Shown piece after piece: positions 28,601 through 39,965 of a stretch of 64,000 nucleotides of DNA. Within the stretch, counting starts at the first letter, position 1. The number at the start of each line of letters is the position of its first letter. The DNA is from Phoronis australis (Eukaryota; Animalia; Phoronida). The notes beneath the pieces were generated by a model. The model saw nothing but the letters and a program-made list of their open reading frames with translations, was not told where the DNA came from and made no database searches. The position numbers and the translations under genes were made by a program. The stretch lies in the NCBI GenBank assembly GCA_002633005.1, contig NMRA01000051.1, positions 1,206,713 to 1,270,712 of the forward strand. Reading direction: 5' to 3'.

Positions 28601-28998
28601 ACGTTGCGGACCTCAAGAAAACTAATATTTGATGTGACATGATTGGTAAATTCAAGAGTGGAGTTTTGAGGAAAGTTTGATGATCCTAGTTCTAAATATC
28701 TTTGCTTAGATTCTAGTAACTGCATGGTTTGAAAATGACCTTTTTCGTCAATTCACCTGCTGGGTTGAAATTGTTGCTAAATTGAAATTGCCTTGCAAAC
28801 GGTTTAGTACATGGTGCTGTGGAGTTTAGTACATGGTGCAGCTGTGTTTAGTACGTGGTGCTGTAGGGTTTAGTACATGGTGGTCTGGGCGCTTGAAATC
28901 ACTAACTGTTTTTGTTTCAGGCTGAAAAATTGCAAGAAGAAGTGATGTTAAAGAGAAAAGCATTGGAGTATCGATTCAAAGCATTCACTGGAATCTAG
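10617..28998 (+). CDS. LRRC27: Leucine-rich repeat-containing protein 27-like, 10 coding exons, about 454 aa
   Basis: GT-AG exons with consistent phases: 10617-10883, 11860-12052, 13400-13546, 14461-14611, 18866-19018, 19555-19643, 20574-20656, 21933-22009, 23609-23735, 28921-28998 (1365 nt, stop TAG). N-terminal LRRs (LDLSNKML, LYLEGNCL, LDLRHNYI, LLLESNQL, LNIASNPIEFPP) are followed by a basic/coiled-coil C-terminus ending LEYRFKAFTGI. The exon-5 acceptor is the least certain, and extra exons between 14611 and 18866 cannot be excluded. Confidence 0.85.
10931..11009. mobile_element. ~80-bp hairpin MITE; second copy 22062-22142
   Basis: cgcattttgagaacca...tggttctcaaaatc is self-complementary. 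The second copy has TA-CAGGGG...CCCCTA-TA ends (Tc1/mariner-like). Confidence 0.65.
17470..17700. mobile_element. ~230-bp foldback MITE family (TIR TTTAGACCACTTACCA...AATTGG.CTCAA); related copies ~16086-16316, ~400-580, ~2165-2215, ~30480-30660
   Basis: A shared terminal motif gagaccaatttcatagtggtaa(a/g)tgg(t)ctaaa is seen in both orientations at these sites. Confidence 0.6.
21586..21926. repeat. 30-bp minisatellite, about 11 copies, abutting the LRRC27 exon-8 acceptor
   Basis: Unit gaatagctgttgatatctggtttacatttt; the last copy runs into ...ttttgatttcag|exon at 21933. Confidence 0.95.
28801..28885. repeat. ~22-bp minisatellite, 4 copies, just upstream of the last LRRC27 exon
   Basis: Repeats of gtttagtacatggtg(ctgtgga). 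Confidence 0.85.
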
Positions 28999-29214
28999 AC
29001 CATCAACGTTGTGTGTGAAGGAACCTGCAAACATTGAATAACATGCACTTGATAGGTGGCTCTGATGTTGATGACATCATTCTGATGGTGTTGCTATATT
29101 TTTGGACTGTGCTTGTCTTTTTAATATTATTTTACACTACAATACATTCCCTTCTATTTGTTATTGAGTAAGTCGTGTCCAAGTTGTATTTGGGAGTGAG
29201 CTGTCATTAATAGT

Positions 29215-29323
29215 CACACACAGACACAGACACAGACACACACACACACAGACACAGACACACACACAGACACACACACAGACACACACACACAGACACA
29301 CACACAGACACAGACACACANCA
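29215..29323. repeat. (CA)n/(CACAGA)n microsatellite in the LRRC27 3'UTR
   Basis: Read directly; one N at 29321 suggests collapsed length. Confidence 0.95.
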
Positions 29324-30241
29324 CTAGTGCAACTTACCCCACTTTAATGACGATGAACAGCTGATGCGAGTACAGCACACAAAGGAATTACTTCCGCCTT
29401 TCCCCAGGTTTGTGGCCACACAGCATTTATAAGTGGTGCAAGTTACCCTAGAGCAAGTTACCCTACCTCAGTAAGGTGAAGTTAGTTCGGGTCCACACAG
29501 CCCTCAAACCTAGCGACATTTCGTTCCAGGAGTAAATTGTTCTAGGGTAAATGTGTGTGTGGAGGGAACTTTAGAGCCTATGTGGTCACAAGTCATTGTA
29601 ATTTGATTACAATGTATACATTGCCATTGAAAGAAAACCCCATGACTATACAATCTGAGTAGTTTTCACCGTTTGTAAATCATCTTTAAGGTCTAGTATG
29701 ATAATGTAAAAGTTTGCTATCCTATGGGTCCTGTGGCACTTGAATGAGCCTTCAGACACTGTACAACTTGTTTTGAGAAGGCATTTCGTTTTGTTTTGAC
29801 TCAGCCAAGATTCTAATTTCTGAAAAAGTACTCAAGATGATGTACACTGAAGGTATTGGATATGTTAAAGGATTGAGGCATATACATGAATTTCAGTATT
29901 ATTGGTGAGTTCTTCAGTTTCAACTTAAGTGAAGTAGTGGGTTTATAAATAATAGAAGTAAGTTAAGTGTGTAAGATAGACGAGTATGTCATTTAAGGGG
30001 TAAGAACAAAATAAACTTGTGTGATTGATCGAGCATGAACATGCGTATTTAGACATGTGCAGAATATTTTTTGGCTGACTTTCAAGTAGTGTAAAGGGTC
30101 ACTGATTAGTCGTCATTCTGTTGCATTTTCAGCGTGATGTGTTGTGCAATGTTGCCTAGTGTCATGTGCTTTTGTAACATGCAGAAGTCCATATGTTTTT
30201 GATATTTTGTTTATTCTCGATTGCTATCAATTATTATTTAA

Positions 30242-30247
30242 AATAAA
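30242..30247 (+). terminator. Probable polyadenylation signal of LRRC27
   Basis: AATAAA about 1.25 kb after the stop codon, at the end of a U-rich 3'UTR-like tract. Another AATAAA occurs near 30010. Confidence 0.4.
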
Positions 30248-31942
30248 TTTATTGATATAACTATCCCTGTTCTGGCTATTATGAGTTAAAGGGATAGCAA
30301 ACCATGTTTTGTTCATAAACTTCCGTTAGATCACATGTTGAATCCTTGAAACCAAATAATAGGCTGCAAGTCTCAACTCTGGAAAGTTTGAACTTACGGG
30401 TAATAGTTTTAAAATTTAACATCAGCAAGCGTTACTAACGCTTTAGGCGAAGACTGTGAGAGACAGTGCCATTCGAACCCTGTCCAAGAAGTGAACTTTG
30501 GAGTTAAGACCATTTACTGCTATAAAATTGGATTCAACTTGTTTCTGGGACGAGATTTCCGAATTTGCAAGAAACTGACCGTTAGACATTCCTGGAGACC
30601 TTGCTCGCGCATAAAATGACATGTCCCGTGACAAGCTGACTTGTAGAGCGTGGTCTCGAAGTTATGAAATCGCATCTAATTAGAATAAGTAACAATTTGA
30701 TACCAATTGCGCTGACTAAATCAAAAGGCCAGTTTATAGCCCCTAGATCTCGCCTCTCGTGAGAAATGCCAATTACACAATTTTTTTTTTCAAATCACCC
30801 AAGGACGGCGTTTAGGATCTTCCATGAAAGCTAAAACCACGTTAGAATTGTAGCAACGCAGAAAGCAGCAATGCATTCAATGTTCGGGGGGGGGGCTGAC
30901 GGGACTTCGCCCCAGTGTGAGATGACACCATTGACGCCTGCTTCGTCAGGGAAGAATTGTTGGTAAACGGTAAACTTGTGAAATGGATTATACTGCAAAC
31001 CATTTTGTAATTTGTTTCGACATTGTATGTATTAAGTGGAGTCTAAATGGTTGCAGGACAATGCTTTCGCTTACTCCAAAAAGTCTCACTAAAAATTTTC
31101 ATTCGATTGGCGTGTTAGTTATCAGGCGAGTTACTTGAAACATGAAATTGACCAGTTACTCTGAATGATGTTTATAAATTCGGCAAATTATTCCTGCCGT
31201 TCGCAAAAATTAGAAACCACTGTAGGCTATATCCAGAACAGAATTTTGAACTACGATTATGGTCAATTGTCACTCACTGTCGTTTACATTTTTTGAAACT
31301 GATGACAACATTTTACAGTCTCGAGAGTTGTTGTTAAACTGTCAATTTTATGTAAACCCGTCTGATGAGAACAAGTCTCAGAGACGTAGTCATCTTTAGG
31401 GTCCCAATATGAGAAGGTGCTTAAAACAATTTCGAACTTGACCAGGCAAATAGGTGACACGTATTTAGCAACATTTTGGTGTATCAGTGACTAGTCGTTA
31501 TAAACAATTTTAAGTCACAGATTCGTGTCCAGAACTTCCCCATGCACTTTATACGCGAAGGTGTTAAAAGAAAATGTCATTTGGCTTGAAGCACTTTATT
31601 TATAATGTATAGGGTATATAGCAGTACAAATTCTGAGAGAAAGATACTTGTAACTTCTTTCAAATATAAATGCCCTCATTTACTCGATGTAAGATTAAAA
31701 TGCATCAAACATGGGGTTGTTTAGAGCTATAAGGACACCTCTTTAGCAATATAAAAATGATTTAAAATAAAAAAAAATCACAAATGAATAAATTTAAAAA
31801 CATCACAAGCCAACGGCCTTTTACTCTCTTTTTTCGTGCTGCGAATGAGCCACTTAAAATCTGGAAAACGTGTTTCAGTTTGTAAGGTAATAAAATTCTA
31901 AATTACGCAATTCACAAGTCTTCTAAAGGGACTGGTCTCGTG

Positions 31943-31994
31943 AGTTTGAACGAAGTCACAGTTTGAACGAAGTCACAGTTTGAACGAAGTCACA
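31943..31994. repeat. 17-bp perfect tandem triplication in the last exon of the orphan gene
   Basis: agtttgaacgaagtcac occurs 3 times. Confidence 0.95.
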
Positions 31995-32730
31995 CGTATG
32001 TTTCGCTGCTTACGTCAGGGGAACTTCTTCGTTACAAAACGACCCTGAAATTGAGAAACGAAAGTGTTCAAAGCACACGCAACCACTGTCACGCAATAGC
32101 AAATCGCGTTGACGATGTCTAATTCCGTTTCATTTCAATTGAATTTAAGGTCAAAAAGCATAGTTGTCTCTGGTCTGTTTTTTTTTTTGAAAATCAGGTA
32201 GTGGTACGGTTTTTTTTTACTTCTATTTTTTCAAAAAATAAAATCCATCTGAGATAAACAAAATGATGCAGGATTATGAAGTTTTAAACATAGCTTACAT
32301 GCCGACGTGTGAGCGTGCGTTTTTTGTTTTTTTTTAGTGAGCGTCGGGGTAACGATCAGAACCAACTAATACTTTTGTAGCCAAATATTTTGCTTTGTTT
32401 CCTTCGTAGGGAACGTTTCATCGTTCGGAAAATACACATAAACATTTAAGTTAGCCTATAGTGCATTCGCGTTTTTACACCATAATATTATCTAAGTTTA
32501 TGGAAACAGAAATTCGATGTTATTTTGGCGGCCACGTTGTTGGTGCCTCGTCAGAAACTGAATAAATCGACTTTTCGATTCTCTTCAAGCGTAAAAATAA
32601 TTTGCCTATCTGAGTAAGGACCAAGGCAGTGACTTATCAACACTTGGTTGTGACAGAAGGCTCGAGTATATTGGTAATCACTAGTCACTTACCACATCGT
32701 CGTTTTCCTTCTGGTGCCGACAAAAGCAAT

Positions 32731-35700
32731 TCAAACTTTACCCACCAGGTCAAGCAGAAGTAGTGAGTGGTCGAAAGCCTGTTCCAGGGCGTTACTGTGG
32801 TCCTCAAGGAGAGCCGAAGTCATCCACGAATCTCCGGCAGGCAAATCCCAGCCATCACTGGATTCCGTGCCCGTATCGCTTGATACTAAAATACGAAACA
32901 ACTGAAGTTACAAAATGCATTTGAAATTATTAATTCAATGATGTAGTACTCTCTGAGTAGACGCCTACCGGTGTGTAAAATCACGGGCTACTAAACATTT
33001 CTCTTTGTTCATTCAGACACAGAATTTAATGGCTTCGCAAAGTGAAAGGTTTTGTGCGAGACAAACATTGTCTATAAATACACTCAGATATGTGTATTCT
33101 TTTCAGCCAAACCAAACGTGATTTTTCCACCTGAAAGTTTTATCCAAACAGCCTCGAGTTTGGAAAATGCGCATCACTTATTTTGTAAGCTCCGGCGCAA
33201 ATGCCGAGACTAATTTTGTATTGTGAAGTAGTATCAATCAAAAGTTAGCGGTTTTTTCGACGGACGTGGGTTTATTGCCGCTTTTAAGTATTTATAAAAA
33301 ATACGCCCTTGTCTAATATCCAGACATTTCCGGTACTTGTGTAAATTTTACAGTAACTTCTAAATATATTTGTTCCTCGGTTAGAAACAAAACGACTTCA
33401 ACATTTGTAAAGCGTCACCATTATTTGAATAAAGTAAGAATTCATATTCTCGTTTACCAGTCTCGTTAAATGTGGTTTCAGAATCCCAGTGGCATTTGTC
33501 ACCACCTTCCTCCAGCAGGAACTCGACTGATGCTATAACGTGCGACATTTCACACGGAGCTTCGTTCTCGGATGCGTCACTTGAAGACGCACTGACGTCA
33601 GTATCACAATCAGTACAATCACACGAATCTGCAAAGTAAAGTAAAAAAAACGGGATCGTTTTAGAAAAACGTGGCTATGAGTCAATTCACCAACAAGTCA
33701 CAGGGGCTCAAAACTATGGGTCACGTTAGTCAAATCTTTGCCCTTTTTCGATTCTATTTTTGGGGGTTTTGTGAGCGTGATTTCAATTTTACCAAGCACA
33801 TAAATCCAGTTTTGATTTGTATTTTCGCTATATGCTAGACCCCATATTGCTAAAATTGTAATTTTGATCAAATGATCTACATTGTAGTTTTATTAGATTC
33901 TGAATGTGTGTATTGTTCAAGACAAAATCAGGCGAACTTGTAATGGTTTTAGTGAGCGTGTTGGTCCATCATAGTTCGCCAATGAAAATTTTACGCGCTA
34001 GTGACGCAGTGCGCGCTCCTAAAATCATCTTTGAGAAATATTTAAAATTTTCACACGAGATTTTATACATGAGTATTTTGGCTGATATGGTGCTACGCCG
34101 TGCTTGAACATTTCTGAGCCATATTTAAAATATTGGTTAGGCTGAGGGCTGTGCTAGACTATTCAGTGGCGGATTCGGGAGGGGGGCAAGGGGGCCATGC
34201 CTCCCCCCTAAAATTCTCCCAGATTCCATTTGGCAGTTCGGAGCGCGAATTGCTGACTGGGGGGGGGGGCTCGAATGCACAATGCATAGGCCTTGAACAA
34301 ACTCCGTTTTTTAGTAATAAGGTCCACAAACCCAAAAAAATTCAAGACCCCCTACATCCTGGCATAAGGCGAAATTCTGGTTATTCCTGGTCCCCGGCCC
34401 CCCTAACTGAAAATCCTGAATCCGCCCCTGTTACTATCAATCATAGACATTTCTTAGCGGCTCAAAGGACGTCGAAGTTCCCGACGTGCCTCTTCACTTT
34501 CAATATACTCCTACGCGTCCAGGTTTCCAACTGCTTCAGATAAACGAGACCGCGCGATAGGTCAAGTTAGGCGAAAAGCTTACTATTTGTAAATCGCGTG
34601 CTGTTGATCTAAATAGTTACTATTTGTAAATATCACTAATCTAGTAAAAGAACAAATTCTAAATAATGGGATACGTATTTATATATAAGTTAAATTTTAA
34701 CTTATGTATTACTGATATCAAGAAATTGAATAAATTTAAAAACGATACCCCAAATTTGTGAATTCTGGTGTTTTTGTGTCATTTTGCCCAGGTAAAACAT
34801 TGCATAAAAACTGTCTTTTTCTGGCAAATGGCAATGGCTCGACATTTGACACCGCAGTTGCACCAGCAAGCGATCGAGAATAAAAACTTGCAATTTCCCT
34901 ACCCATTGATTACAACGTCCAGTCATTCTCGTGGATTTACGTTCGAAATTTCCCACGCAGTTTTAACGTCCAATCACCACGACATTGACATCAACATTAT
35001 TTGTTGGTCCAAGACAAGCTTTGAAATACGGGCCGGGGATTAACCCGCTGTTACGTCAGATTGGTGCCAATCTTTAGAAACACAACAATGCAGCGTCCAT
35101 GATGTCTGTGGCAATGTGTCAGTGACGCGGTAACAGTAGTTTGCGTTTTGACTCCTGGTGCGTATTTTACTTGCCTGTCACTCAGTAAACACGTACCTGA
35201 TATAGATACCATTTCACCTGCAGTTGGTGAGTTGTGGCTGCGAGTGCGAACTACTAATAACTACGTCAGGGGAAATCAAAACGATAATACTTCACCCTTA
35301 ATTTTGTTTCAAAAAGCGAACTGCAATGTAAACCAGTTCAAACTGTTATTTACAAAATGTTTCTTTCTCTCTTGTGGATCTGGTGATATTTTTTAGGAAG
35401 CAAACCTGTTCCATGTCATAAATCTGTAAATAAAATCAAATCGGTTTTTAGAAGCAACAATTGCTTAAGTAGACTCCAAATGCCTTTACATAATGTATGA
35501 AAGAATAGTTTATGCTAGTACAATCAATTCAATTATTGCATGAAGGTTTGTCCTCCAATTTGAGACAAACGCAGGCCTACTTACCAATAAGGGCGAATAG
35601 CTCCACCGACAGGTGATCCATAGCAGTTTGGAGCTCAGCACAAGAATCTGATTTGTGAAAACCTTCTCCTTCTGAACTGGTGCTTAGTACGGGCTCGTCG

Positions 35701-35780
35701 CTAATTTTTTTCAATATTTTCTCATCGATATAGGACCCAGTAACCGACATATCTAACGATAATGGAGAGAAGTTGTCCAT
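32731..35780 (-). CDS. Uncharacterised acidic Ser/Asp/Glu-rich protein, 3 core coding exons, about 174 aa
   Basis: Exons 35780-35585 (MDNFSPLSLD...AMDHLSVELFALI, donor gtaagt), 33628-33458 (DSCDCTDCD...TFNET) and 32885-32731 (VSSDTGTES...AFDHSLLLLDLVGKV*). All junctions are phase 1 with good polypyrimidine acceptors. The exon continues to a gtaagt donor at 32692, and a final exon starts at 32044. AATAAA lies on the minus strand at 31600-31595. No family recognised. Confidence 0.7.
34164..34430. mobile_element. hAT-type MITE with TIR CAG(T/G)GGCGGATTC
   Basis: cagtggcggattc...gaatccgcccctg with G/C-run subterminal tracts. The flanks agactatt/ttactatc match only partially as a TSD. Confidence 0.75.
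35197..35217 (-). CDS. Candidate alternative first exon (MVSIS) or 21-nt phase-1 micro-exon (GEMVSIS) of the acidic orphan gene
   Basis: ATG GTA TCT ATA TCA G followed by donor gtacgt, phase 1 and compatible with the 33628 acceptor. It is also flanked upstream by ctgcag. Confidence 0.4.
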
Positions 35781-35856
35781 TTTCACAAAATACCTCTCAA
35801 TCGATGGCGAGAGCCCGACCCTACTGTGTGTCTCAGCTCACAACACGAGTTACCCT

Positions 35857-35980
35857 TTCAAATTCCCGCCATCTGCTGTCCTGGGGATTTACGATTGGCT
35901 CAAAATGGTGGGCGTGTCGATAAAATAACGACACGGATTCTGATTGGCTAACGTTGTCTGTCACTTAATATCACGTGGGA
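35857..35980 (-). promoter_or_regulatory. Core promoter of the acidic orphan gene: E2F/CDE-CHR tandem, two CCAAT boxes, KLF/Sp site, E-box
   Basis: Minus strand TGGCGGGAATTTGAA (35871-35857), CCAAT at 35898-35894 and 35947-35943, GGGCGTG at ~35910 and CACGTG at ~35972, all within 200 bp upstream of the ATG. Confidence 0.5.
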
Positions 35981-37845
35981 ATGTCAGTGGACGATGTATT
36001 GCAAAGTAGCCAACAGAGAGCACTTTCTCCGGCATTTTCCCCCGTGTCATAACAGTGACCATTACTCAGGTGTGAAGATGCAATAGCCATGAATCGGGAC
36101 TACCAAGCAAGAACCGAAAAGCCCTACGTAAATCCCTCTTGGAACGCAAGGCTATCACTCATTTTAAATATTAAAACAAATAAAAATAAATAAATGCATA
36201 AAAAATACGTCGTCACAAAACTGCGCATTTTCAACTTTTTTAACTTTTTTGCGAATTGGCAACACGGAGGTGAAAGCTTTCGTCGCATCATGCGCGCACT
36301 CAGCCTAAAAATGGGGTCTGAAATTTTTGAGGATGTGGACCCTTTACTAAGATTCAATGTGTACGTTCAGAGCTATGACTTGTACATTCGCCGCATTTTG
36401 GTTACAGGTATTTCCTGCCTTTTTAGTGGACTTTTATCTCATTTTTTACTTTTTTTCTGAGTTTTTGTTTCTCTGAGGTGGCCCTTTTTGCCCACTTCAC
36501 CAAACTGGGGGATCTCGTTCGAGCACCCGAGCCCACCTGGGTGCGCGCATGCGCAAAGCAGTAACGTAAATTTGTGCCCTCTGTTTTTAGCCAGTCTCAG
36601 TCAGAACCAACTTTAAACAAAATCGAGTGATTTTTTACCTTCTTTCACATACGGAGTGCTGATTAGTTCAAACGGAAATAGTACACTTCAAACTGCATTT
36701 AATCAAGTTAGCGGCGTTGAAGCAATCATTGAACTCTTTCCAATCCTTGGTTGTATCATATTCATATGGCATTAAAAACACGAAAAACAAAGGTTTCCAC
36801 CTCTAAACATGCAATGAACCAAAGCAGTGGTTTTCAAAGATAACAATCAGTCAGTTTAAACTGATTTTTTAAGTTACACAAACTAATTCAGTTTTGGATC
36901 TTTTTTCTGAAATCTCTCGTTAACGCCATATCTCAGTGAATCAATTCCCCAACGAATAGAGAAATTCCGCCAAAAAGAATATAGTACAGGGCTTGAAATT
37001 TTCCTCTTTCAAGAGGATTTCCTCTTTTTTCGTTTTGATTTCCTCTTACTTGATTCCCAGTTTCCTCTTTTTGTCTCTTTTTATCATTATTTTGACTTTA
37101 TTCATGCAAAAATATTTATTTCACTTAAATTTTACAACACAAAAATATTTTTATCCCACAACCCTATTTATTTGTGGAACGATACATCGCCTGGAAAAAT
37201 TCCTCTTCTTTGCCATTGGTCATTCCAAACCCTGATAGTAAAAGCTGCAGTAATTCCGTTATTTCTTTGTTCCTGTACCGACTCTTTTGCTCCATCAGTC
37301 ACAGACATTCTTATAAACCCGTAGAGTAGTTGATAAAAAACATGCCATTACTGGATGACGTGGCAGTAACGCTTCTGAAGTGTAATAACACATTATTCAC
37401 TTCTTAATACTAATTTTATTTTTATTCTGTTTATTTAACTCTCGCAAGTATAGAAAATACAAGAAAAAATACCAGTCAAATGAAAATAAGTAAAAGTACA
37501 AGTGAGAAACATGGATAGCACAAAAGTCAGAAACTTATTTCCATTCGAAAAGATTACATAGAAATAAATGAAAACGTAAAGATATGAACCACAGGAACAA
37601 AGTACTAAAAAATATAAGTGCACAAATGGTAATTATGACCAAAGGTATATGACATAATATAGAAAATCAAAACAAAAATCAATAAAAAAACTCATTGCCC
37701 TCGGTATGAGACAATTTATTCAACAAACAGCGTTAAACGTTTAAAATAAAGAAGTGACTGATCGTCTTTACTGTGGTCAGGAAATGACTTCCTTCCAGCG
37801 CTGGGAAAAGTAATTTAGTAATGAAACTATAAAATCGGTCGATAG

Positions 37846-37987
37846 CATGGGCGGCGCACCATAGAGGGCTGGAGGGCTATAGCCCCACTTTTTTCAGTGC
37901 TACGCCGCACATGATCTATAGGCGGTGCATCACAGGGGGGCTGAAGTGGCTTTAGCTCCCACTTTTTTCAGTGCTGCGCCACCCATG
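37846..37987. mobile_element. Head-to-tail dimer of the CATGGGCGGCGCA MITE with a single 5-bp TSD GATAG
   Basis: Two ~70-bp units; GATAG at 37841-37845 and 37988-37992. Confidence 0.8.
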
Positions 37988-39965
37988 GATAGTTAAGATG
38001 TGAGAGCATATTTAAATGATCACGAAGTAACCCTCTATACCAAACTTAAACACAGTTGGTCGGGTCCGCCCCAAGAGTAACGACAAAGTGTTACATCACT
38101 TGATATTTTAAAATTAGCAAATAGCAAATAGGAGGTCGAAAAGTAGAAACCCATGCTTTGAATTAATTTTACATTAAATAGTAAAAATAGTTACAACAGT
38201 TATCAGACGTTAGAATGTCTCCATGGCAACAATGAAGTAACATGGCCGCCAAGCCGTAGATTTATAGTAATCACATACCGGATGATGGTGAAAAGGAAAT
38301 ATATTTAAAATAACACCAACTGGGTTCAACACCTTCACGTGTCGTTATAACTGCCTAAACAGTCATAATGACGGACTAAAAAATAAAAATTTCAGTACTT
38401 CAGTAACAGCAAAGTTAATTCATTTAATTTGGAAGACGGATCTCTTCGAAGGTTTTTAGATGTAATTGGTCAAAACAGTCAAAATGACGACAATTCTTTG
38501 AAAAACATTAAATAAAAGCTGAACTTCTGTACTTCAGCAACAGTACGTCTGTTTTGAGTTTGGTGTTGTATTCGGAATACACGTAATGGCAACCACTTGG
38601 ACTCAATGTAAAAATACTTCGATGGCTGTTAGGTTTCAGACGATACATTTGATCAGAATGCTCAAAAACTCAGTAATGTTTTTAGTGTGGTTGGATATAA
38701 AGTACCTGCTAGTTTGTGTTGAAGATCTTAGGTCTTAATATTGACAGCATTTTCCTTCTTGGCTATATTCGATGACATCAATACACCAACTTGGGCACTT
38801 GGGGATTTAGCAAACGCACAGTACCCCCCAAAAACGCTCTTAATTTCACACAAGTTCACTCACTTAGAACTTTTCAAATTAAGCTGACGTCATTGGTGAC
38901 GCTTTGCAAATTCTAAGTAGCGGTGACGAGGTAATGTTTCTGAATCAGTAAAAAGTGTGCTTTTATAATCCTAGTATAATCCAAGAGAATGGCTTGCGAG
39001 CGACTGGGGATGCTTGAAGTCTTCTCAGGTCATATAGTCATAACAGGAATCATTTAAGATCATCTATTAGCCCTTGTTTGTACACAATAGCTCGTAACGT
39101 TCTGTCCGCTACGATTAGCAACATTCCTGCTAATTCTGCCATTGTTAGTCAGCGATGTGTTACTAAGCGTCTATGGCTCAGCTAAATCCTCGCCTGTCGC
39201 ACAGCGGGCGCGGGAATCAGCTATTCAGATGGTCGGCGATTCAATAGATTGCCGCACCGATGGCGTTGTCGGCGAGAAACATTCCATTTTCCACGCCTTT
39301 TAATCCCAACCACGGTTGACCCTTCAGTAAACCCCAGTCCCATTCCACCAGACCCCCGTCACTTAACTCCACACACTGACGAAAAATAAACATAAAACGC
39401 TTTGTCCCGGAGACCAAACACGCGGAGTCCCGGGAACCATCTTCCCGACCTCAGTGAAAATCCAAACCTGTCAGAAACACCTAGGACTATAATATTACTC
39501 CCAGGAAACACCTAGCTGGACCCAACCTGGCTGTCATATTCTTTAATTGTTATGGACAAAAAAGCCCGTACGTTACAATATACTCAAACCTGATGGAAGC
39601 ACCAGCAAACGTGCCCTGAGTTCAGTTACGCTAGGACTTCGTTGAAAAGCAAGACTTCGCAAGATTACGTGAGAAGTTGCCATGTATTTTAAATGAGAAC
39701 GCTTGATTTTGGTTAGATTTTTTTGTGAGGTCCTAGCATTACTGAACTCTACCCTGTTGAAGCGACATGTTAAAATTGGTCGTGGACAACACTGATGTAT
39801 CAAAATGGCTCCCCAATACATCTGATCGTTGTTTTTCTTTTCTCTTTCACAGGTACAGGCTACTACGAAAAAACAACCCATGACTGGAAATGCCTCTTTG
39901 TAAATAATTATTTAAAAATCTCCCCTTGGTTAAAACTTCATCTTCATAAATGATAAGAGGGAGCA

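Noticed and set aside
31355-31415. Possible hammerhead ribozyme (CTGATGAG...GAGAC.GTAGTC)
   Set aside because: The GAAA core is broken and stems I and II do not pair convincingly.
35406-35423. 18-nt micro-exon in the orphan gene
   Set aside because: In the required phase 1 it reads D-L-stop, and the donor (gtttgc) is weak.
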